The notes: a model not told the origin generated them from the sequence alone. DNA of 64,000 bases from Octopus vulgaris (GCA_951406725.2 OX597838.1:26908001-26972000); one strand, 5' to 3'; shown: positions 1 through 13,795, counted from the first letter of the stretch. Numbers and translations: made by a program.

Positions 1-543
1 TCTTCCAAAAGAATTTCATTACAAGAAGCAAGTTTCGTATTTCAAAAGGAATTAAGTAATTTTCGGTTAAATTACACATAAATTGTAGCTTTATCTAATG
101 AACTGAGCAGGGCTCGTTATGAATTAGAAAAACTAATTGCTATTGGTTAAATGAAATTTTGTGGTTGTTTTTATAAAAATTGTGTGTTTTTGAGAAAAGA
201 GAGAGAGAGAGAGAGAGAAAGCAAGAGTGCATATGTATGTATATAAGAATGACTGTATTAATGTATGTACATATGAATTAATGCACACATACACACAGGA
301 ACATGTAAGTACAACTGTATATAAGAATGAATGTATACATAAGCATCCATGAATGAATATACACACATACACAAATGTGTACATATATATATGTAACCAA
401 ATAAATCAAAGGAATATGCAAGTGCAAATGTGTATAAAATTAATGTATAATTGTATGTATAAATGAATGAATGCCCACATACATGGTATGTATATATACA
501 AATGAATATGTAACTATGACTGTATGTATATATGTATGTCGTT

Positions 544-927
544 CTTTTACTCTTTTACTTGTTTCAGTCATTTGACTGTGGCCATGCTGGAGTACCGCCT
601 TTAGTCGAGCAAATTGACCCCAGGATTTATTCTTTGTAAGCATAGTACTTATTATCTCAGTCTCTTTTGCTGAACCACTATGTTACAGGGATGTAAAGAC
701 ACCAGCATTGGTGATCAAGCAATGGTGGGGGGACAAACACAGACACACAAACCCATATAAACGATGGGCTTCTTTCAGTTTCCATCTACCAAATCTACCA
801 CTCACAAGGCTTTGGTCGGCCTGAGGCTGTAGTAGAAGACACTTGCCCAAGGTGCCATGCAGTAGGACTGAACCCAGAACCATGTGGTCTGTAAGCAAGC
901 TACTTACCACACAGCCAATCCTGCGCC
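544..927 (-). mobile_element. tRNA-derived SINE, family A
   Basis: Head ggcgcagga.tggctgtgtggtaag with box B ggttcagtcc, internal (TA/TG)n, tail gactgaaacaagtaaaagag. More than 15 copies in the window. Confidence 0.9.
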
Positions 928-1453
928 ATTATTCAGTTTATTTCAAGATTTCTAGCCAATAGAGAAAGAACCGGTTTCTAACCTAGATCCAAGGCTCCTT
1001 CATTGGAATTTCAACATCAACAACAGGGTATTTTTGTTCGTAGGTATGTATGTCTGTATGTATGTATGTATGATGTGCAGATTTGTATGTTTTATGTATC
1101 TACTCGCAGACATATAGTTGCATGTCTAGACATGCTCATATATATTTAAATGATAAACTTCTGAAAAGTTTTACAGATTTTTACAGTTCCAGTGATGGAT
1201 TGGGTCTGTAGTCTTCGAATCAGCTTTCTCCTTTCTGGTTTTGAGAAGCCTAATTTCTTAAGATTGGTATTTAGGCAGTGTTACATATCCCAGGGCTCCA
1301 ATAATTACAGGTATAAACCTGAACTTGTAACCTGGATAGAGTAACTGCAGATTTCTCTAAGTACCTAAGTTCAGCATAAGTGTTCTCTTTTTCACTGATC
1401 TCCAGCTTTATGTTAACATCCACTGGGCACCAAATTTCCACAACTGTGCACAT
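928..1453 (-). mobile_element. 3' end of a REL-endonuclease non-LTR retrotransposon (R4/Dong-like), frameshifted
   Basis: Frames join to VVEIWCPVDVNIKLEISEKENTYAEL / RNLQLLYPGYKFRFIPVIIGALGYVT / LKKLGFSKPERRKLIRRLQTQSITGTVKICKTF*, followed by a 3' UTR ending in a taat tail. Confidence 0.75.
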
Positions 1454-2011
1454 ATGTATGTATGTGTATATGTAGGTATGTATATGCTTATTTTACATAC
1501 AGACTTGTTTTCATTCAAAGATATTGAATGTAAACAAGTCTGTAATTAAGACGAACAGATAGTCATTACATTTGACCAACAAAATTATTATATTTGCAAT
1601 CATATATAATTTTTATATATGTATACAATAATTTCATTTGCAATCATATATAATTTTTACTAAGCTGCATCCTGCATCATCATTATGAGTACATAATAGT
1701 ACATAATTTACCAGTGCATATTGTACGCAATTAATTAATAAAACAAACACTAAAACAACAAAAAAAACAATACCAATAAAAATAAATGCAAAATAACCAA
1801 CAAATAAGTTGGTTAGAAAAAAAAAAAATTTTTCCGGTAAATAATTGTTGGTTACATGAAAAACCACAGAAAATTATTTACCATTTTTATTGAATTATAT
1901 ATATATATAGATAGATAGATAGATAGATATATATGCATATATACACACACACACACACACATATAGAAACATACAGAAAGAGAGAGAGAGAGACAGAGAC
2001 AGAGAGAGAAA

Positions 2012-2119
2012 AGAGGCAGTCAGAATTTTGGACAATTCTTTATTATTGCTTTCATTCATTTAACTAGTTAATTGATTGAAAGTGCTAATAAAGAATTATC
2101 CAAAATTCTGACTGCCTCT
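2012..2119. repeat. Near-perfect palindrome of about 108 bp (probable inverted Penelope-like terminal stub)
   Basis: agaggcagtcagaattttggacaattctttatta...taactagtta...taataaagaattatccaaaattctgactgcctct; flanked by microsatellites. Confidence 0.85.
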
Positions 2120-2830
2120 GTTTTCTCAATATGCAATATCTGTACACGACTTCAAACACTCTATACATATACATATATATAGAGAGAGAGACAGACAGAC
2201 AGACATTGATGTTCTATTTTCGTTTTCTTTTACTTGAAACCACATTTTTCATCTTTTTTCTTCGCATGTTCACCAGCATCACTGGTCATTTTGTTTGTTA
2301 ATTTTTTTTTAAAGTTTTTTTTTTAATATATAACCTACCTTCTTTTTGACACCATCACTTTGCACCTAACAGCCAAAGATCGATCAGATAATCTATACAC
2401 CCTCGGTTCAGTCAACGAAACACAGTAAACCATTTCACTACAGACCTGACCAGTCACCATTCTGCCACGCTCAGCATACAATAACACCATTATTACAGCT
2501 GAATTTTATCCTCCTCATTCTCTCTCCAAACTGTTTACTGAAATGGTTTGGAGAAAGTATTTAGTTAAATTGTTTGGTAAAAGAGAGAGAAAGATGGAGA
2601 AGAGAAGAGACGAAAACCAGCAATAATCTTCGTAATGGATTTTTCGCCAGCAGCCATACAATTCAAAGAATTGATATATAAACCGTGTGTTTATATTCAA
2701 TCTAAAGACTGATTACAATGTTATACAGGGGTTATGTATTGACCAGACACGACACACATACACACATGACAGACACTAAAACACCAAACAGCAGCAGCAG
2801 TGGCTTAGATTAAATTATATAAATAGATTA

Positions 2831-3176
2831 TCTCTCTCTATATAAACGGCAGTTTGTCTGTGCGTGTTTCTGTGTGTCTGTTAGGTTGTACCCTCACCCT
2901 GACCACGGCTTTCAACCGATTCTGATGAAACTTGACACACACATAGCCCAATGTCATAATTCAAAACTAACGCAACGAAAATTTTGAAAAGTTCCCCCAG
3001 TTCTGAAAAAAATCGATAAATTCGTCATGGGGTCGAGAATCAGAAACACAAACCGCAAACTGTCTAGGGGACGCAACTCAACCTTTTTTCATAGCTATTT
3101 TTTGGCTATAACTCTCTAAAAATGCTTTATAGTTATTTCCCTTACAAACCTGAGCAACGCCGGGCGATACTGCTAG
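2831..3176 (+). mobile_element. Non-autonomous Helitron
   Basis: Starts A|TC, ends with hairpin cctgagcaacgccggg then CTAG|T, no TSD. Second copy at 14036-14408. Confidence 0.85.
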
Positions 3177-3504
3177 TACTTTATATAAATGGATTAACTG
3201 GTTCTTTTGTTGTGGGGAGTTTTTCTATGTGTGAGTGGGTTTTTTTTTAATCTTTTTTTTTTCCTTTTTTTTTTTTTGTTTTTGTAAGCATGAAGCTCAT
3301 AATTGAATTTTCATCCTTCTGATAACAGCAGAGAACGACATCACTGTTGTTGTGATTATAAATGGCAGTGCTTCAGTTATTGTTGCTTCTCACACATTCT
3401 GCATTACAGGAATTGGCTTCTCCCTACCCAGCCATCCATCCATCTATTTTTTTTTTTTTTTACCTGGTATTTCTGGAAGGCTCACTTGCGTAATTTCCTC
3501 ACAC

Positions 3505-3775
3505 ACCTCTTCAATAAGATCCTTTCAGAAACAACCATCATTAGACAGTCTCTTACTGGATCTCCAATCATGACCAACTCAGACTAAGGACATTATCCAA
3601 CCCTCTCATTCTTGGTCGACCCCCAAGTCTCCTGCCAGTCAAAGGGCAGAGTCTTCAGGTACCTCCTCCATAGTGTTTTATCAGAAACAAATGTCATTAC
3701 ACTTCCTACTGGATCCCCAAACATGACTAACTCAGACTATGGACATTATCCAACAACCTTCTTGGTCAACCCCAG
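3505..3775. repeat. Diverged tandem duplication, period about 156 bp
   Basis: tcagaaacaa...actggatc...catgac.aactcagacta.ggacattatccaac...ttcttggtc.acccc occurs at about 3525 and 3681. Confidence 0.8.
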
Positions 3776-4726
3776 CTGGTTGGCTTGGCTTGAGGAACCT
3801 ATCTTAAGATTTTTTCAAGTGACATTCTAATCACATCTGTAGCACCAAAGCTGTGAGCTCTCAATGTGAAGAGGCACTTCTATCTAAATAAATTTTTTTT
3901 TTAAATTAAAAAAACGGGTCACAACCAGTCATCACTTGAAAGCAAGTCTCAATTGGTAACACGTACCAACTGCCACAATATTGTCATCATTTTAACACCC
4001 ATTTTCCAAATCTGGCAGGAATCAAAAGAATTTGTAGAGACAAATTTTCTATGGCCCAACATCCTTTCTTGTCAGCAACCCTTACATGTTTCCAAGCAAG
4101 GATAATATTTCCCAGAGAAGAATGGAAACGGACAACCTTGCTTGTAGGATGGTGATGCTCATTTATGACCATCATGTGATGTCTAGACAAGTTTAAACAA
4201 GCTTTCACACACATGCTTCTTTCAGTTTCCATCTACTGTACCCTGGGGTAAAAGTGTAACTGAACCTAGGACTACACAGTTGGAAAGCAAGCTTCTTAAC
4301 CACAGAGCTATACATACAGTTATATAGATAGTGAGAGATAAGGAAATATTTTTATTCTCAAACGCAGGATAATGCTATCTCAACATTTCTAAAGCAAACT
4401 TTGTTGACTTTCAACATGAGTTGAATTTAATGCATGATAGAATCTTAGAAAGCTAGATTTATATATTCTAAAATTGCAGAAGAATTTGTTGCTAGGCAGT
4501 TTAGCTTAATGGTAAAGCACTTGATGTGTAAACACAGGGATAGGAGTTTGAGTCTCATGGCCAGCTGCAAACAGATTCTTCAGCAAAATATGGATGGTTT
4601 ATCCTGTTCATGCTGTATTATTAGCATTATCCTGTGTTTGAGAATAAAATTATTTCCTTACCTGTATCTTTCAATACATCTCAACACTTCTAAAGCAAAC
4701 TTTGTTGACTTTCAATCTAAGTTGAA

Positions 4727-4777
<51 letters not shown>

Positions 4778-4779
<2 letters not shown>

Positions 4780-5074
4780 CATGATCACCATGACCGACCA
4801 GGCTATCGGATGTTGCTACACATCGCTGGTCACACTGTTTTAGCCTTCAAATGACGCCACCCCACTGGCTAAGCGAGCAGGCCAACAGATGAAAGAGTGA
4901 GAGCAAGTTGTGGTGAAAGAGTACAGTAGGGATCGCCACCACCCCCTGCCGGAGCCTCGTGGAGCTGTAGGTGTTTTCACTCAATAAACACTCACAACGC
5001 CCAGCCTAGGAATCGAAACCACGATCCTACGACCGCGAGTCCGCTGCCCTAACCATTGGGCCATTGCACCTCCA
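4778..5074 (-). mobile_element. tRNA-derived SINE, family E
   Basis: Minus-strand head ggaggtgcaatggcccaatggttagggcagcggactcgcggtcgtaggatcgtggtttcgattcc (boxes A and B); inserted in (TA)n. Confidence 0.75.
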
Positions 5075-5304
5075 TATATATATTTATAATAGGTGTAAAA
5101 AGGTCGAATGTAGATTAATCCTTTAATTTGGAGGTTTCCAAAAAAGATTTCTAATGTTCATTCTTCATATCTACAGACGTAACTTTGCGAATATGAAAAC
5201 GATACTTGTATATGATGTGTGGTGAATTTATGGAAAGAAATCCCATAAAACTCATCAATTTAGTTAAAAATGGAGAAGACAAGTTGTTAAAATATATACA
5301 GAAG

Positions 5305-5528
5305 GCGGCGAGCTGGCAGAAACGTTAGCACACCGGGCGAAATGCTTAGCGGTATTGCGTCTGTCGTTGCGTTCAAATTCCGCCGAGGTCGACTTTGCCT
5401 TTCATCCTTTCGGGGTCGATAAATTAAGTACCAGTTACGCACTGGAGTCGATGTAATCGACTTAATCCGTTTGTTTGTCCTTGTTTGTCTTCTCTATGTT
5501 TAGCCCCTTGTGGGCAATAAAGAAACAG
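5305..5528 (+). mobile_element. tRNA-derived SINE, family B, with 11-bp TSD
   Basis: Head gcggcgagctggcagaaacgttagc, core gcctttcatcctttcggggtcgataaattaagtaccag; TSD atatacagaag at 5294-5304 and 5529-5539. Confidence 0.9.
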
Positions 5529-6179
5529 ATATACAGAAGTACAAAGCTAGACCCATACTATCTCAATTTTACCCACTGATTTTGTTGCATTAAGTTCCTC
5601 GCATTATACATGAATAAGTACTGTATATATCAAGTATGGCACAAGAATCCTTGCACCAGTCACATGGTGATACAGTGACTAAAGTTTCAACACCAAAACA
5701 GTGCATCTCACCTCATTCTATTCTCATAACACTCAGGTTGACTAAACCAAAATAAAATAAATAAAAATAAAAACAAAATAAAATAAAATAAAAACAACCA
5801 GTTTTTGACAGAAAAAGAAAAACTGCAAAACAGGAGAGAGATAGAGAAAGAGTGAGAGAGAGAGAGAAATCCTTGGTTGTTTCCAGAGAACATCAGTTGC
5901 CATGGATATCTCACATTACCAACTGCATTAAGCTGGATATATATTTCCAAACATTAAGTCGGGACCTAATGGTTTTCTTGTCTGGTTTTGTTTTATTGGG
6001 AGGGGTGGGGGTGAGGGGGGTTGAATGTGATGGTGGTGGTGGGGGGGGGTCGTTTTTTGGTCTATCATTGAAATAAATCCATCTTCCTCCGTGAGGCCAC
6101 CCCCCCCATCATCCCTGTGTATGCTACCATCGTTACACTTCATTTGTCACAACGACTGAAATTACAACGACCATTCATA

Positions 6180-7000
6180 TCACCATGATCTACCTTCACC
6201 ACCACCACCACCACTCCCATCATCCTCAACATAACAACTACCACCACCACCACCATGACCACAACCATCATCATAATCATCATTATTACCAACATCATCT
6301 CTACAACAGCTGTCATCACCAGTGTCATCACCATCATCACTAACACCGCAACTGTCAGAACCCTTCCCTAATACAAGCATCAGTACTACTGTTAACCACC
6401 AGCATCACCACTACCACCACTATAACCAATAGCACCAACATCCTTGTCTCCATCGCCACCTCCTCCCACCATCACCAACCCCTTTGTCATTACCTGTTAC
6501 CATTATCACCACCAACACCACCAACACCACCACCACCATCAGCTGGATATATTTCTAAACATTAAGTTGGGACCTAATGATTTTCTGGGGGGGGGGGGGG
6601 ATCTTACCATTACTACCACCACCATCTCCACAACAATCACCATCAGTATTATCACAATCTATCACTGCTACCATAACTGCCATCATCACCACCACCACCA
6701 CCACCACAACAACAACAACAACCATCAGCACCAATGCCATTGCCGCCATCACCACCTCCTTCCACCATCATCACTGCAACCATCAACACCACCACCCACC
6801 ACCAGCATCATCATCATCATCACTTCCATCATTGCTATCATTATCTTAACATTGCTACCACCACTACCACCACCATCTCCATTACCACCACCACCACCAC
6901 TACCACCACCACCATCACTATTACTACCACCATCACCACAACCACCACCACCACCATCACTATTGTTGGTGCCACCACCACTACCGCCGCCACCTTTATT
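6180..7000. repeat. Low-complexity (CAC/CAT)n region
   Basis: Degenerate trinucleotide repeats giving poly-H/P/T ORFs. Confidence 0.9.
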
Positions 7001-7729
7001 ATTCTTAGTTTTCTGTTTCACTTGTTTCCTTTCTCTCCAAATAATGCTGTTGTAGCTGCCCTTTTAAGGGCGGAAACAAATCAATACTCACACTTTAGGG
7101 GTCAGTGCAGAACATTATTTGTATAGGATTTACAGGGTCTAACATTTTCTCTCTCTCTCTCAACCAAACTACCTCTCTCTCACACACACACACACACAAG
7201 CATACATCTGCACACACAAATTCATATTAACATACATATATATATATATATTCACACATACACACCCACAAACACACAAGTATACATGCAGTCGCCACCC
7301 CACCCCCACATACATGCACACTCACATAAATACATATAAAAGGTACACACACACACACACACACACACAAAAGCTTACACACACAAAAACACACACACAC
7401 ACACACAAAAGCATGCACACACACACAAAAGCATGCACACACACACACACAAAAGCATACACACACATAAGCATACACACACATAAGCATGCACACACAT
7501 AAGCATGCACACACACACACACATCATTTTATCTGCCTCTGAATCCCTTTATTTAAAGACAAACCCCTAAATATCAAACCAACACCATATGAATGAGTAT
7601 GGAGTCAACAAGTGACTATGTGGTTACTAGACCTGCTAGAAACGTCAACCAAATCCCCTACAAATTACAACACCTTATCATCTTAAAAAAGAAGGGAAGG
7701 ACACAGATAATTCTAATTTTGGCACATCT

Positions 7730-8412
7730 TTTATCCTTTACTTGTTTCAGTCATAACACCGTGGCCATGCTGGGGCACTGCTGAGAAGAATTTTAGTCAA
7801 ATGAATCAACACTGGTACCATTTTTTGAAGCCTGGTACTTATCCTATCTGTAAGTAATGGAGACATAAATACTCCCACACTGGTTGTCAAGCAATATTAG
7901 GGGACAAACACAAACCATACACATTATATATATGTTATATATACCTGTGCCAATGGCATGTAAAAAGCACCATCTGAGCGAGGTCGACACCAGTGTCACT
8001 GGACTGGCTCCCGTGCCGGTGGCACATAAAAAGCACCATTTGAGTGTGGTCCATGCCAGTGCCACCTGACTGGCCCCCATGCCGGTGGCATGTAAAAAGC
8101 ACCCACTACATTCTCAGAGTAGTTGGCGTTAGGTAGAAACCTTGCCAGATCAGATTGGAGCCTGGCGCAGCCTCCCGGCTTGCCAGTCCCCAGTGGACAT
8201 TAAATGATGATGGTGATGATGATAATGATGATATATATATACACACATGACGGACTTCTTTCACTGTCTACCAAATCTACTCACAAGGCTTTGGTTGGGC
8301 TGAGGCAAGTAAAAACACTTGCCCAAGGTGCCATGCAGTGGGACTGAACCCAGAGGTGCCATGCAATGGAACTGAACCCAGAGGTGCCATGCAATGGAAC
8401 TGAACCCAGATG
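7730..8412 (-). mobile_element. Family A SINE interrupted by an RTE-LINE 3' UTR fragment (about 7944-8230, plus strand)
   Basis: SINE tail at 7730-7915, then repeated gtgccggtggcatgtaaaaagcacc units and a gatgat tail, then the SINE resumes at 8245 with a triplicated head segment. Confidence 0.75.
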
Positions 8413-8840
8413 TGTATGTATATATATATATAAATATAGGTATATTATATGTAGTAGATATGTACATACAGTATTGTGAATTAAGCAAACATTTAGATCA
8501 GTTTGACCTGTAAAAAAAAAAAAAATTATTTTCTCTGCAGTTTGCTGCCTGAGGGTGCCATGAAAAAATTGTTGGTATTTTGACACCTATTGCCTAAAGC
8601 AAGAATTTTCTTCATTGCAAATTGCAGTAACATGGCATTTTTTTTTTACAAGTCACCCATGTCCTAGAATTACTTGAACTGATTAAAATGTGTTTAAATA
8701 TTCAGTGAACGGAACCTGAAACCAGGAGGTTGCAAATGAGCTTCTTAACCATGTAGCCATGCCATACCCGGTGATGCAAACAAAGGCCGAGAGGGATACT
8801 TGGGGGGTACTTTTCTATGTAAAATCTTATTTAATACATA

Positions 8841-9310
8841 GGTGCAGGCATGGCTGTGTGGTAATAAGCTTGCTTCCCAGCCACATGGTTCCAGGTTCAG
8901 TCCCACCATATGGCACCTTAGTTAAGGGTCTTCTACCATAGCCTCAGGCCAACCAAAGCCTTGTGAGTGGATTTGGTAGATGGAAACTGAAAGAAGCCTG
9001 TCGTGCATATATATGTATGTATGCATATATTTGTGTATGCGTGTGTTTGTTTGTACCCCCACCACTGCCATTGCTTGATAACCGATGCTGATGCGTTTAT
9101 GTCCCTGTAACTTAGTGGTTCAGCAAAAGAGACTGATCGAATACATACTAGGCTTACAAAGAATAAGTTCTGGGATTGATTTCTTAGACTAAAAACCCTA
9201 TGAAATGACTTAAGGGAGATTTTAGGTTGATATTTAAGGGACATTTAAATAAGGGTTTAAGGCAGTGCTCCTGCATGGCCACAGTCAAATGACTGAAACA
9301 AGTAAAAGAG
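8841..9310 (+). mobile_element. Family A SINE with TSD taatacata
   Basis: Full head-to-tail match; taatacata at 8832-8840 and 9311-9319. Confidence 0.85.
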
Positions 9311-9685
9311 TAATACATATGGTGACCATGGGTGAATATGTAAAAAATATCAAAATTTAAAAACTGAAAATAGGCCATTTCAAAAGGAAAGCTGCAAGTC
9401 CTTGCCCTAGACAAAAGCCTAAGTACCATTCTTAAGACATGAGTATGGCTTATAATATTCCCAGACAACATGGTACCAATTCCTAACAGCTAGGTGAGGC
9501 ATTTAATGAAAAACCCCTGTAGTGAATTTGAAAGTTTTTTAAGACCCAGTAATCTAATACCCTATCCATTCAGCTATTTCTGTTGCATACACCCTTGTGA
9601 AACTAGGAGAAGAATGAACCAAAGAGGAGAGGTCTTTATGCAGTCACTCAGCTTGCTAAAAATAGCAGCCTAAAATCTCCCTTAA

Positions 9686-9905
9686 CCCTTTAGTGTTTAA
9701 ACCGGCCATATCAGGCCCAGATATTCCACATGTTTTATATTCAAACTGGCAATATCTAGTCTCTCACACCTATCCTACAATGTCATTCTATAAATAAACA
9801 ATCACATCATTAAAACCTGAAAGCTGTAAGATAATGCATGATTAATTCAAAACAATTTGAGTGAAAAAGTATTACATTTAACAGAGTAATCTGAACACTA
9901 AAGGG
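9686..9905. mobile_element. piggyBac-like MITE, family 1
   Basis: TTAA|ccctttagtgtt...aacactaaaggg|TTAA; homologous copy at 35991-36187. Confidence 0.85.
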
Positions 9906-10004
9906 TTAAATCATATCATACTACCTTAAATAAAAAAAAAAATTAAAAAAACCCAAAAAACAACAAAATAAATCCTACACACATTGAATAATAATAATAA
10001 TAAT

Positions 10005-10740
10005 AATAATTCTACTAAAAGCACAAGGCCTGAAATTTGGAAGGAGGGGGTAAGTCGATCACATTGACCTTAGTTCTTGATGGTACTTAATTTATCATCC
10101 TCAAAAGGATGAAAGGCAAAGTCAACCTCGGTGGAATTTGAACTCAGGATGTAGTGGCAGACGAAATACACCCAGTGTGCTAACGATTCTGTCAGCTCAT
10201 CGCCTTTAATAATATTAATAATAATAATAATAATGATGGGATAGTCATGATGGGTATATTGGGTTTCGTATATTTGTGCCCCAGTGTCATTTTGATGGCA
10301 TGCACTACTCTCTCACTCAATCATCATCATCATCATCGTTTAACGTCCGTTTTCCGCGCTAGCACGGGTTGGACGGTTTCGACCGGGGTCTGAGGAGCTC
10401 GGGACTGCCCCAGGCTCCAGTCTAGTCTGGCAGTGTTTCTACAGCTGGATGCCCTTCCTAACGCCAACCACTCCGCGAGTGTAGTGGGTGTTTTTTACGT
10501 GCCACCTGCACAGGTGCCAGAGGGGTCTGGCATCGGCCACGTTCGGATGGTGCTTTTTAATAATAATAATCCTTTCTACTATAGGCACAAGGCCTGAAAT
10601 TTTGGGGGAGAGGTGAAGTTGGTTACATCAACCCCAGTGTGTCACTGGTACTCTTTTTACCAACCCTGAAAGGATGAAAGGCAAAGTCAACCTTGGTGGA
10701 CTTTGAACTCAGAACAGAAATTTAAAAGAATTGCTGCTTC
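10005..10740 (-). mobile_element. Cluster: two family C SINEs, a TAA-tailed element 3' end and an RTE 3' UTR (10325-10558)
   Basis: Family C shares the B head and core but ends in ...aaatttcaggccttgtgcctatagtagaaagg(att)n. The RTE UTR matches 36419-36670. Confidence 0.75.
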
Positions 10741-10979
10741 CACATTTTACACAGCCAATTAGCATGGCACTAATGAAGTCAGGCAGGAGATAATGGCATT
10801 TTCATGAAGCTAATTTTTTACCATTATTTATTTCTAGTTGCCAGCATGGATTAGACTAGTACATGCAATGTCTTTTTTTTTTTAATGTTTATCTAGAATG
10901 GTGAAGCTGGGATGTTTTTGCCTCACCCTGCATTTGATCAGGCTTTTTAAGGTCAGAGACTCAATCCACCAAATGGTTG

Positions 10980-11429
10980 AACCCTTTCATTAGTATAAAT
11001 GTCTTGCTTTCATAAGTTTTGAATTTTTAAAAATCTTCCACCAAACTTTAGTCACAATTTATGTTCCTAACACTAGCTGAATGATAACTAAGTTATTTTA
11101 CTAAATTCTATGTTATATTTAAAATTAATTGAAAGAAAAAGAGAGCATGTCAACAGAAATATGGTAACAAAAGGGCTAAAATATATATAAGAGAAACAAT
11201 TCTTAACCCTCTTGATACCAACCCTGCTGAAACCACCTCTGGCTCTTTAGAGTACAAATGTCTTATTTTCAAAAGTTTTGAATTAAAATCTTCCACCAAA
11301 CCTTAGTCACAATTTATGTTCCTAACATTAGCTGAATGATAACTAAGTTATTTTACTAAATTCTTTGTTATATTTAAAGTAATTGAAAGAAACACAGAGC
11401 ATCTCTAAATAAATATGGTAACGAAAGGG
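10980..11429. mobile_element. Two adjacent piggyBac-like MITEs, family 2 (complete copy 11207-11429)
   Basis: TTAA|ccctcttgatacca...tggtaacgaaaggg|TTAA; related copies at about 40570-40795 and 55985-56356. Confidence 0.8.
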
Positions 11430-12699
11430 TTAATACCAGGTGATGGCACCTTGGCTGCCTTTAGCAGAGTTCATTCTGTTGCATGCTTTCAGACCAGCTT
11501 TCTGATGTCAGGATAACTTACTCCCTTCTTTGTATCAGTCTCAAAGACCTTGAAGAATATATAAAGAACCATGGAATGCCACCCATCCCTCTCAAACGAA
11601 AATGGTGAAAAAAAAAAAAACCCAAAAAAAGATTTAAAAAATAGTAAAAACTATAACTGCTACAACAAAACTGACAGTAGCAACAACAACAACAGTGGCA
11701 ATGATAACAAAAGAATAATAATAGAAACAACAACAACAACCACATTAACAATGAGAATAACAATAATAGTAATAATGATGACACCAATAACTACAACATC
11801 AACAATAAATTCCAAGTCATAGTTTTTAAGGTGTCAGGGTCACAGGAATTCTATTACAGCTGAGATGTGAAGTGGAAAATTAATAATAAAGCAAAAAAAA
11901 ACAAAAAAAAAACAAACAAAAACAAACAAACAAAAGTCCTGATGAAAAGCAGACATTATTCCAGTAGAAAATGTTACTAATATATTTTAGTAAAAGGTCA
12001 CCTAATTATACCCACTGCCCCCACCCCTACACGGTTGTATTTGGCTATGGTTATTATTCTAAGTAACTTTTCCACAATCACTATTCAGACATCCTGTGAC
12101 AGTAAGGCAAGTTAATTAATAAAAGGAAAAACAGAATAAATATGTTAATGATATCATCATCATCATTATCATAATCATCATCGTCGTCGTCATGGTAGTT
12201 TTAATGCCAACTCTTTTCAATGCTTGCAAAAGGTTGGATGGAGTTTAACTGAGGCGGGTTTATCTACAGCTGGATGCCTTTCCTGTCACCAACCATCACC
12301 TGTTTCCAAGCAAAGCAATACTGTGGTGTGCCTCTGTGGCTGGATACGCTTTCACAGAAGATTGGAAATGACTGACACTATCTTACTAAGTCAGAATAAG
12401 GAGGCATCTGCTCACCCCGTAGTGAGTTTCCACTTCAGACAGACACACAATGCGCTTCTTTCAGTTTCCATTTACCATATCCACTCACAAGGTCTTAGTC
12501 GGCCTGTAACTATAATAAAAAAAAAACACTTGCCCAAGATGTCATGCAGTGGGACTGAACCCAAAACTACATGGTTAAGAAGCAAACTTTTTAACCACAC
12601 AGCAATACCAGCACCTATCTTCAGTAAGCTCTACAGTATGTATTGAGCACTTCCATATCATTTCAAAAGAATTCAACACACACATACACACATGCATGT

Positions 12700-12969
12700 G
12701 AGAGAATAAAAAGTAAAATTCCTTCCAACCAAGTCATACTGACTCATAAGGGCCAGTTTTCCGGTTTCCATGATTTCATATATTCCCCACCTGGAGGGGA
12801 CACCGGTCCGTCAGAGGAATGCCCATTTTTGCCAGCTGAATGGATCGGTGAAACATGAAACGAAATGTTTTGCTCAAGAACACAACACATTACCCAGTCC
12901 AAGAATCGAAACCACAATCTTACAATCACGAGACCAACAACCCTAACCACTAAGCTACACACGCCTCCA
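12700..12969 (-). mobile_element. tRNA-headed CORE-like SINE
   Basis: Minus-strand head tagcttagtggttaggg...ggtttcgattc followed by gtgttcttgagcaaaacatttc...cagctg. Confidence 0.65.
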
Positions 12970-13726
12970 ACACAAGAGAAAAGGGGGTGAAAGGAATTGG
13001 AATACACAGCTGGTGTTGCCTTATGTTCTTGTATGAAACACTTTATTCTACATTGTCTCAGTTCACTGACTTCTTTGCTGTCAGAAATAAGCATCAGATC
13101 ACCAGGGAATAGTTTGCTGCAAGGGAGTCTCATACTCATCTCACAACTGCTCCAAGGCATGAAATATAAAGTAGTACATACATACATTCATATATTCATA
13201 TACACACACATGTGCATACATATACATGCATTCATACTACACTTTCATACTATTTATGTTGCATTTACTATATTTCATTATTATTTTACGATATTTATAG
13301 AAATAGAGTAGTGTCACCATTTATCGCAATAATATTTTTATTATTATAAAACACTAGGTGACCCCTGTGCCATCAATAATGACAGCTAATTATAGTATTT
13401 TATATATAAGTAAGGTACATAATAATCACACATACAAACATTCACATACTTCCCTGGTACGTGCACACACACACACACACACACATACTCACACAGAGTT
13501 GAAACACTGATTTTTTTCACCCCTCCCTTTCTCCACTGCTATTATTTTCTCTCACTCCCCCTCAGTCAGGGCTATTACTCTCACTACTTTTCCTTCACTG
13601 AATCACTATTTTCTCTCCCCTTATATTACTCTTTCTCCAACTATGTCCTACTACTGTGATTTGGGACAAATTTATACATATATATATATATATAAATACT
13701 ATGCTCATTACTCTAGTGAACACTTG

Positions 13727-13794
<68 letters not shown>

Positions 13795-13795
13795 T

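Noticed and set aside
6140-7522. Long Pro/His/Thr/Gly-rich ORFs
   Set aside because: Translations of trinucleotide and dinucleotide repeats; open in several frames and both strands.
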